DNA from: an uncultured Pseudomonadota bacterium
GTDB lineage: Bacteria > Pseudomonadota > Alphaproteobacteria > Rs-D84 > CACZYB01
Assembly: GCA_902785275.1 (NCBI GenBank)
Contig: CACZYB010000010.1
Location: forward strand, 1-30,715
Direction of reading: 5' to 3'
DNA length: 30,715 nucleotides
Under the pieces are notes generated by a model, which saw only the letters and a program-made list of their open reading frames with translations, did not search any database and was not told the origin of the DNA. This document shows, piece after piece, positions 16,740 to 27,458 of this stretch. The number at the start of each line of letters is the position of its first letter. Within the stretch, counting starts at the first letter, position 1. A program made the position numbers and the translations under genes.

Positions 16740-17513
16740 ATGAGTAAAGTTATTACAATGATACCGGTTCGTATGGCAGCAACTCGTTTGCCAAACAAAC
16801 CACTTCTTGACATTAACGGTAAATCTCTTATTCAAAGAGTTTATGAAAATGTTAAAAAGGTTATCCCTGGTGATGTTGTGGTTGCTGCTGGTGACCAAGC
16901 AATCGTTGATGAATGTGCAAAGTTTGGGGCAAAGGCTGTTTTGACTGATCCAAAGCTTCCAAGTGGTACTGATCGTATTGCCGCTGCATTAAAGAAACTT
17001 GATCCAAATGGCGATAAATACGATATCGTTGTAAATTTCCAGGGCGACAATATAAATGTTGATCCATCTGTATGTTTACCACTTGTAAAAATGGTTGAAG
17101 ATACAGGATGTGACATTGCAACATGTGGTATGGTTTTCAAATCAGAAAAGGATGTTGCAGACCCAAATATGGTTAAAATTGTTATGGGTATTCGTGATGG
17201 TGAAGATGAAGGTCGTTGTGTTTACTTCACACGTGCAGCCGCACCATTTATTCGTAACCCAGAAAAATCAAAATCTCATAACTTCTACCATCACATTGGT
17301 ATCTATGTTTATAAAGCAGAATCTTTGAAACGTATGGTATCACTTCCTGTTGGTGTGTTAGAAGACCGTGAGGCTTTAGAACAACTTCGTGCAATAGAGG
17401 ATGGTATGACAATCCGTGCCAAAGTTATTGGTGGTATGAAACTTATTGAAGAAGCACCTGCCGATATCAATACAATGGAAGAATACGAAGAAGCAAAAAA
17501 ATGGATTAAATAA
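16740..17513 (+). CDS. kdsB: 3-deoxy-manno-octulosonate cytidylyltransferase
   Basis: IPVRMAATRLPNKPL, SGTDRI, VNFQGD, HIGIYVY, EALEQLRA. Confidence 0.95.
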   Translation: MSKVITMIPVRMAATRLPNKPLLDINGKSLIQRVYENVKKVIPGDVVVAAGDQAIVDECAKFGAKAVLTDPKLPSGTDRIAAALKKLDPNGDKYDIVVNFQGDNINVDPSVCLPLVKMVEDTGCDIATCGMVFKSEKDVADPNMVKIVMGIRDGEDEGRCVYFTRAAAPFIRNPEKSKSHNFYHHIGIYVYKAESLKRMVSLPVGVLEDREALEQLRAIEDGMTIRAKVIGGMKLIEEAPADINTMEEYEEAKKWIK

Positions 17514-17532
17514 AATCTATTTTACAAAATCA

Positions 17533-17560
17533 AAAGCCCTCAATCTTGAGGGCTTTATTT
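17533..17560. terminator. Bidirectional terminator between kdsB and dgkA
   Basis: AAAGCCCTCAA/TTGAGGGCTTT inverted repeat between convergent genes. Confidence 0.85.
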
Positions 17561-17564
17561 TTAT

Positions 17565-17930
17565 TTATAAAAATTTCCAACAAATCATTGTCCAAACAAA
17601 AATTAAGTAAATAAATGAGATTAGAACTAGTAAACTTCCTATATCTTTTGCAGCCTTTGATAATGCGTGCCATTCCGAAGAAATGCGGTCTATGCATGCC
17701 TCAATCGCGGAATTGGTAAGTTCAGCAAAGAGTACAAAAAACATACCAGAACAAAGAATTATTTTTTCAACCTTTAATACTGGTAAAAAGTAAGTTACAA
17801 TAAAAAGTATTGCGCAGACAACCAAATCTTGGCGGAATGCTTCTTCTTCACGAATAACATACTTTAGGCCATCAAATGAGTTTTTGAAGGCTGAAAGTAT
17901 ACGTTTAAATCCTTTGTATTGATGTTTCAT
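17565..17930 (-). CDS. dgkA: Diacylglycerol kinase
   Basis: EEAFRQ, ELTNSAIEACIDRI...HALSKAAKDIGS. Confidence 0.93.
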   Translation of the reverse strand: MKHQYKGFKRILSAFKNSFDGLKYVIREEEAFRQDLVVCAILFIVTYFLPVLKVEKIILCSGMFFVLFAELTNSAIEACIDRISSEWHALSKAAKDIGSLLVLISFIYLIFVWTMICWKFL

Positions 17931-18736
17931 TATTTACCTTCGTAATTTTTTTTCATTTTTAAGAATTTAAGACATGTGTATGGTACTGTTAAAATATAGA
18001 ATGTCCAGATAAATGATGCTGTAATCCAGAAGTGGAAATACATCATGCCAAGGAATAATACAAATCCAAGTAGGAATACTGGAACATAACTTTTTGCAAC
18101 AGTCATCTTTTTCAATGAAAGGGTTGGAATACGGCTTATCATTAAGAATGAAACCAAAATCATCCATCCCATGCAAATGTAAGGGCATGTAAAGATTTTT
18201 TCATCTGTTGCAGTGTAAAGCATTATTGGTGTCAATGCCATTAATGCACCAGCAGGAGCAGGTACACCAGTAAAGAAATAGTGCCAATATTCTGGAATTT
18301 CTTCGTCACCTGTCATTACATTAAATCTTGCAAGACGGAGAACACAAGAGATTGCAAATAATATTGAAACTATCCAACCAAAACTTTTGATATTTTGTGT
18401 TGCATAGAAGAACATTACAAATGCAGGTGATACACCAAAGCTTATGCTGTCTGCAAGGGAATCAAGTTCAACACCAAATTGTGATGATGCGTTAAACATT
18501 CTTGCAACACGGCCATCGAATCCATCAAAAACAGCAGCAAGTATGATTGCAATAACTGCCTTTTCAAATTCTCCACGAGAAGCAAGTAAGATTGCAGTCA
18601 TTCCGGCAACGATAGAAGATAATGTTATCATTGAAGGAAGAACCTTTGTAATAGGTAAGAATTTTGTTTCTGGCAAAATCTTACTTACGTGATTTTTAAG
18701 TTTCGATTTTAAATCTTTTTTTACTGTTTTTTTCAT
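17930..18736 (-). CDS. pssA: CDP-diacylglycerol--serine O-phosphatidyltransferase
   Basis: DGFDGRVAR...FGVELDSLAD, LRLARFN, FTGVPAP; adjacent to psd. Confidence 0.93.
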   Translation of the reverse strand: MKKTVKKDLKSKLKNHVSKILPETKFLPITKVLPSMITLSSIVAGMTAILLASRGEFEKAVIAIILAAVFDGFDGRVARMFNASSQFGVELDSLADSISFGVSPAFVMFFYATQNIKSFGWIVSILFAISCVLRLARFNVMTGDEEIPEYWHYFFTGVPAPAGALMALTPIMLYTATDEKIFTCPYICMGWMILVSFLMISRIPTLSLKKMTVAKSYVPVFLLGFVLFLGMMYFHFWITASFIWTFYILTVPYTCLKFLKMKKNYEGK

Positions 18737-18747
18737 TTTCCCCTCCG

Positions 18748-19446
18748 TTATTTCTTACGAACAGCAAGAATTGTTTCACCACTTACCATAACTTGGCCAG
18801 GTAAAACTTTGATGTCATATTTATCTTTTGGAAGATAGATATCCAAACGTGAACCAAATTTTATAAGTCCGAAACGTTTACCTTGTTCAACAACGTCGCC
18901 TTTTTGAATTCTGGAAACGATACGGCGAGCAATAAGACCGGCAATTTGTACATAGCAAACTTTGTCGCCATCTTTTGTTTCAACCAAAACAAGGTTTCTT
19001 TCATTATCTTTACTTGCTTTATCCAAATCAGCGTTAAAGAATTTTCCTGCGATATAAAGTGTTTTAAGAATAACACCAGATACAGGATTTCTGTTTACGT
19101 GAACGTTGAATACAGACATGAAAATTGAAAATTTTATATATTTTTCATCGCCCATGTTAAGTTCTTCTGGTAAAGTTGTTTCCTTTATTGGTAACAATCT
19201 TCCATCAGCAGGGGAGATTACCAAACCTTCACCAATAGGTGTGTACCTTTCTGGATCGCGGAAAAAGTAAAATGCGAACAAAGATACTGCGATTGCCAAC
19301 ATTCCAACAACGTTAGAAAGAAGTAGCAAGAAGAAAGATATTGCAAAAAATACAGCAACAATTACAACACCTTCAGCGCTTATTTTTGGAAGCAAAAAGC
19401 TTTTAATACTTAAATCAATTTTTGGTTCATTTTCTTTTTTAGTCAT
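18748..19446 (-). CDS. psd: Phosphatidylserine decarboxylase proenzyme
   Basis: FFRDPER, SPADG, FMSVFNVHVNR, QIAGLIARRI, KFGSRLD cleavage site. Confidence 0.95.
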   Translation of the reverse strand: MTKKENEPKIDLSIKSFLLPKISAEGVVIVAVFFAISFFLLLLSNVVGMLAIAVSLFAFYFFRDPERYTPIGEGLVISPADGRLLPIKETTLPEELNMGDEKYIKFSIFMSVFNVHVNRNPVSGVILKTLYIAGKFFNADLDKASKDNERNLVLVETKDGDKVCYVQIAGLIARRIVSRIQKGDVVEQGKRFGLIKFGSRLDIYLPKDKYDIKVLPGQVMVSGETILAVRKK

Positions 19447-19486
19447 TTTATTATATCTCCTTTTATTTTATGAATGAAATTTTAAT

Positions 19487-20248
19487 TTATTTTTTAACAA
19501 ATGTAAATGTGTTTTTTATTATTTGGGAAAGTACCCATACGATACGTCTTAGTGCAATGAAAATCTTGTATCCAAAAGTTGGAAATTTTTTGTACCATGG
19601 CTTTCTGTTTTTCTTCATTGCTTTATAGTCAATTGTGGATGGACCGTCTTCCTCCCATGATGGAAATGGAGATAGAGAGAAACCCTTTATTCCATATTTC
19701 CAGAATTTTACATATTCGTGATCGATAGGTACGAACATAGGAAGCATTTTATCAGTATAAGATTTTGCAGCTTTTTTGTTCATTAAGTATGCACCAGTTT
19801 TTGATTGGTGGAATAAGTTCCAAACCAAATTTACACCATCTATAATGTTTCTGTATTTTATATTTCCACCACTGTGTCCTCCATTAAATTTTACCAAATC
19901 CCAATCGTTTGATTTTTTTAACAAAGCTTTTAGGGTAGGGAGAAAATCTTTTGAAAAAATCATATCGTCTTCTAATACAAGAGCAAAATTTTTATTGGAT
20001 TTTAAAAATTCTTTCATTGTATTATAGTGGGAAATGTAACATGCAACTTCGGTTGGAGTGATGTATTTTCCGTGAAGTAATGAATATTTTTTTGAATTAA
20101 TTTCCTTTTCAGTAAATACAGTATTTTTTCCATCAACGGCAGGAATCCTTGTAAAGCTTAAATCAAGGGCTTTTAATTTTTTTTCCATTGCAAGAAGTCT
20201 GTCTTTACTTCTATCCAAATTAATAAGATATATTTCTAAATCTTTCAT
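19487..20248 (-). CDS. Glycosyltransferase family 25
   Basis: YLINLDRSKDR, PAVDG, ACYISH, LVLEDD, GAYLM, PID. Confidence 0.92.
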   Translation of the reverse strand: MKDLEIYLINLDRSKDRLLAMEKKLKALDLSFTRIPAVDGKNTVFTEKEINSKKYSLLHGKYITPTEVACYISHYNTMKEFLKSNKNFALVLEDDMIFSKDFLPTLKALLKKSNDWDLVKFNGGHSGGNIKYRNIIDGVNLVWNLFHQSKTGAYLMNKKAAKSYTDKMLPMFVPIDHEYVKFWKYGIKGFSLSPFPSWEEDGPSTIDYKAMKKNRKPWYKKFPTFGYKIFIALRRIVWVLSQIIKNTFTFVKK

Positions 20249-20251
20249 TTT

Positions 20252-22498
20252 TTATTCCTTACTAAATTTGTTTGATTTTGGGAAACCATCAGGTGGCATA
20301 TGTCCAACACTGGCGCGTTTACCACTCCACATAGAAACATCATCTACTTTGAAGTTACGTGCACCATTTTGCCATTTAAGACCTTCAGCTTTTGCAAAAG
20401 TTTTTATATCAGCAAGGTATGTTTTGGGTTCCTTATATTTTTGAAGGATAACACCTTTACCACGTGTGAATGATGGAATTTCAGCCAAATCGAAAACAAG
20501 AAGTTTTCTGTTATCACCGATGATTGCAACACTGTCATCATCTTTGCCTATTATGCAAACTTTAGCCAATTTATCATCATCGGAAATGTTTACAACCTGA
20601 CGGCCAGTTTTTGTTTGGGCGATACAATCGGACATTTTTGTTTTGAAACCGTATCCATTTTTTGTTGCAAGGATTATTTCGGTATCGTTTGTTGCAACGA
20701 ATATACGAACAAAGCTTGCATTGATTGGAAGGTCAATCATAAGTCTTACTGGATCACCATATCCACGACCACTTGGGATTTTATTTGCATCAAGGGTGAA
20801 GAATTGACCGTTTGACATAGCAAATAATATTTTATCATTTGTGTATGCGTGAAGAGCTACATCCAAGCTGTCGCCATCTTTGAATGAAAAATCAGAATTT
20901 AAATCAACATGATTTTTGATTGATTTTATCCATCCCTTTGATGATAAGATTATTGTGATAGGTTCCTTTGGAACGAAAGCTTCTACTGGAACAACGATAT
21001 TTTCTGTTGTTTCATCAATTTGTGTAAGACGTGCGGAAAGCTTTTTATTCTTTGCAAATACTGCACGCATATTTTTTACCTGTTCAGAAACTTTTTTAAG
21101 TTTGTGTTCTGTATCACTGTTTAAAAGTTGAAGATCAGCTTGTTCCTTTCTTAAATTATCTGCTTCGGTACGAATTTCCATTTCTTCAAGTTTTCTTAAA
21201 GAACGAAGTTTCATATTAAGGATTGAATCAGCTTGAAGTTCGGTTAACTTAAATTCTTCCATCAACTTTTCTTTTGCATCATCGTATTCACGAATGATAT
21301 GAATAACTCTATCAAGATTTAGGTATGCAGTTAGGTAACCTTCTAAAATCTCAAGTCTGTGTGCAATGTTTTTAAGACGGAAGTTTGTACGTCTTGTTAG
21401 AACTTCTACTTGATGATCAATATATGCAGAAAGAACTTCTTTTAAGTTCATAACTCTTGGAACACAATTTTTATCAAGAACGTTCATATTAAGGGCAAAC
21501 TTGCTTTCAAGTTCGGTAAGAGAGAAAAGCTGTGCCATGATGATTTTTTCATCAATAGTTCTTGATTTTGGTTCTATAACAATACGTATATCTTCTGTTG
21601 ATTCATCACGAATATCACCAATAGTTGGAAGCTTTCCTTGTTCCATTAAATCGGCAATTCTTTCGATAAGTTTTGATTTTATAACTTGGTATGGAATTTC
21701 AGTTATAACTATTTGATAGTTGCCATAGGCCAAATCTTCACGTTCCCACTTTGCTCGGATTTTGAATGTGCCACGTCCTGTTTCGTATGCGGAAATAGTT
21801 GTTTGCTTATCTTGATTTATGATACCACCGGTTGGGAAATCAGGAGCCTTTATATATTCAACCAATTCAGGTATAGTAATTTCTGGATTTTTTATAAGGG
21901 CTGTAATTGCATCACAAACTTCCAAAACATTGTGTGGTGGAATGTTTGTTGCCATACCAACAGCAATACCATTTGAACCGTTTAAAAGAAGGTTTGGAAA
22001 TATTGCAGGCATAACCACAGGTTCTTGTTCTTCACCTGAATAAGTATCCATAAAATCAACACTGTCTTCATCAAGACCATCCATAATTGCAAGGGCTGCA
22101 TCGGAAAGTTTTGCTTCGGTGTAACGCATTGCAGCAGCACTGTCGCCATCGATGTTTCCAAAATTTCCTTGTCCCATAACTAATGGATAACGAACGGAAA
22201 AGCCCTGTGCCAAACGAACCATTGCGTCGTAAATAGAAGCATCGCCGTGTGGATGGTATTTACCCATAACATCACCAACAACACGGGCGCACTTTTTGTA
22301 TCCGCTTTTGGGGTCAAGTTTAAGTTGGCGCATTCCGTAAAGAATCCTTCTGTGAACAGGCTTTAAACCATCACGTACATCAGGAAGTGAACGAGATACA
22401 ATAGTTGACATTGCGTATGCCAAATATCTTTCACTTATAGCATCAGATAGTTGTTGTACTTTTATGACATCTTTTCTTTCTTGTTGAATTTCAGACAT
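20252..22498 (-). CDS. parC: DNA topoisomerase IV subunit A
   Basis: [27 protein letters not shown]; 748 aa, no GyrA box, alphaproteobacterial ParC C-terminus. Confidence 0.95.
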   Translation of the reverse strand: MSEIQQERKDVIKVQQLSDAISERYLAYAMSTIVSRSLPDVRDGLKPVHRRILYGMRQLKLDPKSGYKKCARVVGDVMGKYHPHGDASIYDAMVRLAQGFSVRYPLVMGQGNFGNIDGDSAAAMRYTEAKLSDAALAIMDGLDEDSVDFMDTYSGEEQEPVVMPAIFPNLLLNGSNGIAVGMATNIPPHNVLEVCDAITALIKNPEITIPELVEYIKAPDFPTGGIINQDKQTTISAYETGRGTFKIRAKWEREDLAYGNYQIVITEIPYQVIKSKLIERIADLMEQGKLPTIGDIRDESTEDIRIVIEPKSRTIDEKIIMAQLFSLTELESKFALNMNVLDKNCVPRVMNLKEVLSAYIDHQVEVLTRRTNFRLKNIAHRLEILEGYLTAYLNLDRVIHIIREYDDAKEKLMEEFKLTELQADSILNMKLRSLRKLEEMEIRTEADNLRKEQADLQLLNSDTEHKLKKVSEQVKNMRAVFAKNKKLSARLTQIDETTENIVVPVEAFVPKEPITIILSSKGWIKSIKNHVDLNSDFSFKDGDSLDVALHAYTNDKILFAMSNGQFFTLDANKIPSGRGYGDPVRLMIDLPINASFVRIFVATNDTEIILATKNGYGFKTKMSDCIAQTKTGRQVVNISDDDKLAKVCIIGKDDDSVAIIGDNRKLLVFDLAEIPSFTRGKGVILQKYKEPKTYLADIKTFAKAEGLKWQNGARNFKVDDVSMWSGKRASVGHMPPDGFPKSNKFSKE

Positions 22499-22616
22499 TA
22501 TTACACCCTTTACAAAATATTTTGTATTTCGACATTATCAAAATAAAAATAATTCTCCTTTATTTAATCAGTTAAAGAGTTTATAATATAAAAAAATAAA
22601 AATCAAAGGATAATTT

Positions 22617-23339
22617 ATGCAATGGGCAGATAAAGGTATTTTAATTGCAATTTCGAAATTTGGTGAAACCGACCAATTAGCCACTTTTCTTAGTGAAAAT
22701 CACGGAATGGTGAAGGGGTTGATTAAAGGTGGTATTTCGAAAAAACAAAAAACTTATCTTCAGATTGGTAATGAATTCCAGATTAATTGGAAATCAAGAC
22801 TTGAGGAACAGCTTGGCTTTTTTTCGTTTGAACCATTAAAGGTTTATGGGGCAAAACTTTTTGAAACAGAACTTAAACTTACGCTTTTAAGTTGTTGTTG
22901 CAGTATGCTTTATGATTGTTTGGTTGAAAACCAGCTTAATAAAAAAATTTATGATATTACTTTGTTTATGCTTCATAACATAGAATCCGAATCAAATGAT
23001 ATGATTATTTTGTATAATTATATGCTTTGGGAGAAGGAACTTTTATCACAGATTGGTTTTGCATTGAATTTGGATAAATGTAATGCGACTGGGCAAACGA
23101 CAGATTTGTCTTATATATCACCAAAGACTGGACATGCAATATGTAAAAGTGCAGGGGAACCATATCGTTCAAAGCTTCTTCCTATGCCGGAAATTTGGCA
23201 ATCTAAGCCAAGTGTAGAAGGGCTTTCTTTTGAAAAAATTGCTCCGGCCTTAAATATTCTTGCTTACTTTTTTGATAAGCGTGTTTTTCAAGAAAAAAAC
23301 AAATCTATGCCATATTTAAGGCGGAATTTAGTTAAATAA
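22617..23339 (+). CDS. recO: DNA repair protein RecO
   Basis: MQWADKG, WKSRLEEQLG, GFALNLDKCNATG...YISPKTG. Confidence 0.93.
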   Translation: MQWADKGILIAISKFGETDQLATFLSENHGMVKGLIKGGISKKQKTYLQIGNEFQINWKSRLEEQLGFFSFEPLKVYGAKLFETELKLTLLSCCCSMLYDCLVENQLNKKIYDITLFMLHNIESESNDMIILYNYMLWEKELLSQIGFALNLDKCNATGQTTDLSYISPKTGHAICKSAGEPYRSKLLPMPEIWQSKPSVEGLSFEKIAPALNILAYFFDKRVFQEKNKSMPYLRRNLVK

Positions 23340-23365
23340 ATTACTGGTCAAAATTTATCTTTGAT

Positions 23366-24778
23366 TTATTTTGCCTTTATGTTAAATCTGTCTGGTTTAT
23401 CTTCAATAATATATCCAGCATCAGAAATTTTTGTTCTTAGCTCATCTGCCAAAGCATAGTTTTTGTTTTTCTTTGCTTCTAATCTTTCCTGTGCCATTTT
23501 TGTGATTTCTTCAGGAATATCGGAAAAATTAGATTTTTCCAATGCTTTTGCATTTTCGATTAAGTTTAGTCCCAAAATTTCATCAAAGAACTTTATAAGT
23601 TCGGCCTTTGTTGATGCTGTTTCGTTTGATTTCAAAAGTTCTTGTAAAATAACGATTGCACCGGCAGTGTTTATATCATTATTTAGAGTTTCAAGAATCT
23701 TTGTCTTCCAATTTTCGACAACAGATTTATTAAAGTTCCTATCTGCTTCTTTTGAAATTACATTAACTTTTTTGACCAAATTTTCATAGCTGTTTTTTGC
23801 ACCATCCAAAAGTTCGTATGAAAAAGTGATTTGCTTTCTGTAACTTGCCATCAAAAGAAAATATCTGTATACGATTGCTGGATAACCCAAATCTTCCAAT
23901 TTTGAAAGAGTTAAGAAGTCGCCTTTTGATTTACTCATTTTTCCGGTTAAATCGTTTAAAAATTCCATGTGTACCCAATAGTTTACCCACTTGTGGCCTA
24001 TGACAGGTTCAACTTGTGCGATTTCGTTTGAGTGGTGAACTTTTATGTGGTCAACACCACCAGAGTGAATATCCATACGGTCGCCAATTTCTTTTAAACT
24101 CATTGCAGAACATTCAATATGCCAACCTGGGAAGCCAACACCCCATGGGCTGTCCCATTCCATTTGGCGTTTTACATCTTTAGGAGAGAATTTCCATAAT
24201 GCAAAGTCAGCAATGTTACGTTTTCCATCTGCAAAATCAATTCTTGCACCGGCCTTTAGATCATCAAGTTTTTGTCCGCCAAGTTTCCAATAGTCGGCGA
24301 ATTTTGACGTATCGTAATAAATACCATCACCTTCGATTTTATATGTATATCCCAAATCTTCTAATCTTTTAACAAGATCAATTTGTTCCTGTATGTATTG
24401 GGTTGCAGGTGTGTATTTTGTTGCAGGAAGTATGTTAAGTTTTTTGATATCGCTTAGAAAAACATCGGTATAATATTTTGCAATTTCCCAAACAGATTTT
24501 CCTTCACGACGGCTTCCTTTTTCCATTTTATCTTCACCGGTATCACCATCAGAAGTTAGATGTCCAACATCGGTGAAATTCATAATGTGTTTTACATCAT
24601 AACCGTTTGCAATAAACATTCTTTTCATAACATCTTGGGAAACATAAGTGCGAAGGTTTCCGATATGTGCAAAGTGATAAACAGTAGGTCCGCAAGTATA
24701 CATTGAAACTTTACCTTCTTCTAAAGGTTTAAAAATTTCAATACTTTTTGACATAGTGTTAAATAATTTTATTTCCAT
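23366..24778 (-). CDS. cysS: Cysteine--tRNA ligase
   Basis: YTCGPTVY, HIGN, GFPGWHIECSAM, KMSKS. Confidence 0.97.
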   Translation of the reverse strand: MEIKLFNTMSKSIEIFKPLEEGKVSMYTCGPTVYHFAHIGNLRTYVSQDVMKRMFIANGYDVKHIMNFTDVGHLTSDGDTGEDKMEKGSRREGKSVWEIAKYYTDVFLSDIKKLNILPATKYTPATQYIQEQIDLVKRLEDLGYTYKIEGDGIYYDTSKFADYWKLGGQKLDDLKAGARIDFADGKRNIADFALWKFSPKDVKRQMEWDSPWGVGFPGWHIECSAMSLKEIGDRMDIHSGGVDHIKVHHSNEIAQVEPVIGHKWVNYWVHMEFLNDLTGKMSKSKGDFLTLSKLEDLGYPAIVYRYFLLMASYRKQITFSYELLDGAKNSYENLVKKVNVISKEADRNFNKSVVENWKTKILETLNNDINTAGAIVILQELLKSNETASTKAELIKFFDEILGLNLIENAKALEKSNFSDIPEEITKMAQERLEAKKNKNYALADELRTKISDAGYIIEDKPDRFNIKAK

Positions 24779-24806
24779 GATAGTTTATCCTTTTTTATTA
24801 AATCTT

Positions 24807-25529
24807 TTAATCAAGCCAGAATTCGATTGTTGAAACAACACGAACTTTTTTATCTATTGATTCACGTTCGGAACCGTTTTCATCTTGGGATAAAATGTTA
24901 AAGATTCCCTGTGATGCCTTTTTTATTTTTCCAACGGTGGAACCGCTTGCCTTTGCGAATTCCATTGCGGAATCTTTTGCGTTTTTAGTTGCTTGTTCTA
25001 ACATTTCTGGTTTTATATCATTAAGTTTTGTAAAAAGGTATGTTATTGGGTTTGAATATTCGTTACCTTCGAAAACTATACCTTTTGATATAAGGGTTGA
25101 AATGTTGTTTGATGCTTTTTCAATCAAGTCAACGTTGTTTGATTTTACATCAACTTTTTGTGTTAAAAGATATCTGTACATTGGATTACTGTCGCCATAA
25201 CGTTCAGCAAATCTGTCCACAACAATCAAGCTTGGGATGGTAATTTCAGTATCTGAAAATCCGTTTTCTGTAAGATATTTTTTTACTAAATCAAGTTGTG
25301 ATAAAATCTTTTTTTGTGATAAAAGCATATCATTTCCAGCGATTGTAAATTTTATATTCCATATTGCAAGGTCGGCCTTTACGTCCTTTTCTGCTAAACC
25401 CTTAACTGTTACAGAATTGTTTGTTTTATAGGTTTTGTAGTAATAATATCCTGGGAAAAAGCCAGCACACATAAATCCAAAGCAAAGTATTATTCCGTAA
25501 ATTATTTTTGATTTTGTTTTATCTTCCAT
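24807..25529 (-). CDS. SIMPL domain (DUF541) protein
   Basis: SVTVKGLAEKDVKADLAIW, FTKLNDIKPEML, KKVRVVSTIEF; second ATG (25529) is correctly spaced from AGGAG. Confidence 0.88.
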   Translation of the reverse strand: MEDKTKSKIIYGIILCFGFMCAGFFPGYYYYKTYKTNNSVTVKGLAEKDVKADLAIWNIKFTIAGNDMLLSQKKILSQLDLVKKYLTENGFSDTEITIPSLIVVDRFAERYGDSNPMYRYLLTQKVDVKSNNVDLIEKASNNISTLISKGIVFEGNEYSNPITYLFTKLNDIKPEMLEQATKNAKDSAMEFAKASGSTVGKIKKASQGIFNILSQDENGSERESIDKKVRVVSTIEFWLD

Positions 25530-25595
25530 TTTCATCTCCTTTTTTTGAATAAAAGTATTTTAAAATATCCGTGTGTTAAAATCAAGTTTTATAAG

Positions 25596-25627
25596 AAAAA
25601 TCCGCTTTGGTTTCAAAGCGGACTTTT
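25596..25627 (-). terminator. Terminator after fabF
   Basis: TCCGCTTTG/CAAAGCGGA stem with A/T tracts on both sides. Confidence 0.75.
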
Positions 25628-25645
25628 CGAATATTTTGTATCCGC

Positions 25646-26902
25646 TTATATTTTCTTTAAGATGATACAAGCATTTGTTCCACCGAAACCAAATGAGTTA
25701 GAAAGAACGATATCAACCTTTCTTTTCTTTGGTGTGAATGGAACCAAATCGATACATTCTGTACCTTCTTCTGGGTTATCCAAGTTAAGTGTAGGAGGTA
25801 CAATTTGATCACGGATTGCAAGTGTACAGAAAATAGCTTCTACTGCACCAGCAGCGCCCAACAAATGTCCAGTAGCAGACTTTGTTGATGACATACAAAT
25901 CTTATCCAATGCAGGGGCAAAAACTTCTTTTACAGCATTGAATTCAAGCATATCACCCATTGTTGATGTTCCATGAGCGTTGATATAGTCAACATCTTCT
26001 GGTTTTATATTTGCAGATTTTAAAGCAGCAAGCATTGCACGTTTTGCACCGTTACCATCAGATGCAGGTGCAGTCATGTGATATGCATCACCACTCATAC
26101 CGTAACCGATAACTTCTGCGTAAATGTGAGCACCACGAGCTTTTGCGTGTTCATATTCTTCTAATACAACAACACCAGAACCTTCACTCATAACGAATCC
26201 GTCACGATCTTTATCCCATGGACGACTTGCTTTTTCAGGTTCGTCATTTCTTTGTGAAAGAGCTTTTGTTGCACTGAAACCAGCAACACCCATAGGGTTT
26301 ACAGCAGCTTCGGCACCACCAGCAATCATCACATCAGCTTCGCCACGTGCGATGATACCAGATGCATCACCAATTGCGTGTGTACCAGTTGCACAAGCAG
26401 TTACAACAGCATGGTTTGGACCTTTGAATCCATATTTAATTGAAACATGACCAGATGCCAAGTTTATAAGACATGCTGGAATGAAGAAAGGAGATACCTT
26501 TGCAGTATCCTTTTCAACCATTGATTTTGCAGTTTCGTAAATTGTACCAAGTCCACCAATACCAGAACCAATCATAACACCTGTACGGCATTTTTCTTCA
26601 TCGCTTTCTGGATGCCAATTTGCATCATCAATAGCATCAGTTGCAGCAGCCATTGCAAATTGAATGAACTTATCCATTTTCTTAATATCTTTGAATGGAA
26701 TAACTGTTTCAGGGCTGAATTGACCTTCTGCGTCGCCAAATGGAACCTCACCTGCAATCTTTGTTGAAAACTTTTCTGTATCAAACAAAGAAATCTTTTT
26801 TATACAGGATTTTGATTTCAAAAGTCCTTCTTCCCAGTTAAATTTGGTGCCACGACCAAAAGGACTTACTATACCTATACCGGTAATAACAACACGTCTC
26901 AT
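25646..26902 (-). CDS. fabF: 3-oxoacyl-ACP synthase II
   Basis: TACATG, NAHGTST, GHLLGAAG, SNSFGFGG. Confidence 0.97.
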   Translation of the reverse strand: MRRVVITGIGIVSPFGRGTKFNWEEGLLKSKSCIKKISLFDTEKFSTKIAGEVPFGDAEGQFSPETVIPFKDIKKMDKFIQFAMAAATDAIDDANWHPESDEEKCRTGVMIGSGIGGLGTIYETAKSMVEKDTAKVSPFFIPACLINLASGHVSIKYGFKGPNHAVVTACATGTHAIGDASGIIARGEADVMIAGGAEAAVNPMGVAGFSATKALSQRNDEPEKASRPWDKDRDGFVMSEGSGVVVLEEYEHAKARGAHIYAEVIGYGMSGDAYHMTAPASDGNGAKRAMLAALKSANIKPEDVDYINAHGTSTMGDMLEFNAVKEVFAPALDKICMSSTKSATGHLLGAAGAVEAIFCTLAIRDQIVPPTLNLDNPEEGTECIDLVPFTPKKRKVDIVLSNSFGFGGTNACIILKKI

Positions 26903-26983
26903 AAAAATACTCCTTTTTTATTTTTCAGTAAACCGAATATACAACAAATAGTTAAAATTTTCAAGTAGAATTAAAAAATCTTA

Positions 26984-27457
26984 CTATTTGACGTCTATTC
27001 TTGAATCTCTTGGTGGAAAATAATCATCAACAATATAGTAGTTGCTATATTTTGATATTTCATCTTCGTTTATTAGTATAAATGTAAAGTTGTTGTGGTA
27101 AATTGTTTCTGTATATGTCTCTGTTTCAGGTATATATACAGTTTTTCCATTTGATACAACAGCCCTTGATGAAGAAACAGTTCTTTGAATTTCCTTTGTT
27201 CCAATATCTTTATCTTTTACTGTAAAATATAAATATCCTCTTCTAAATGCTGTTTCCGAAGCTGTTTCCAAACATTTCTTATCAACATAATCTGAATTTC
27301 CCGAGCTTTTACAAGCTATAGAAAATAATCTTCCTTCAAAATCTGAATACTTATACCCCATAACTTCATTGTATTTAAGTTCTTTAAGACTTATATCAAC
27401 ATTTGGCGTAAATGTACAACCTGCTAAAGTAAGAATAAACAAACTCGTTTTCTTCAT
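26984..27457 (-). CDS. Hypothetical lipoprotein
   Basis: MKKTSLFILTLAGC canonical lipobox; GAGG RBS; coupled to rarA. Confidence 0.75.
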   Translation of the reverse strand: MKKTSLFILTLAGCTFTPNVDISLKELKYNEVMGYKYSDFEGRLFSIACKSSGNSDYVDKKCLETASETAFRRGYLYFTVKDKDIGTKEIQRTVSSSRAVVSNGKTVYIPETETYTETIYHNNFTFILINEDEISKYSNYYIVDDYFPPRDSRIDVK

Positions 27458-27458
27458 A

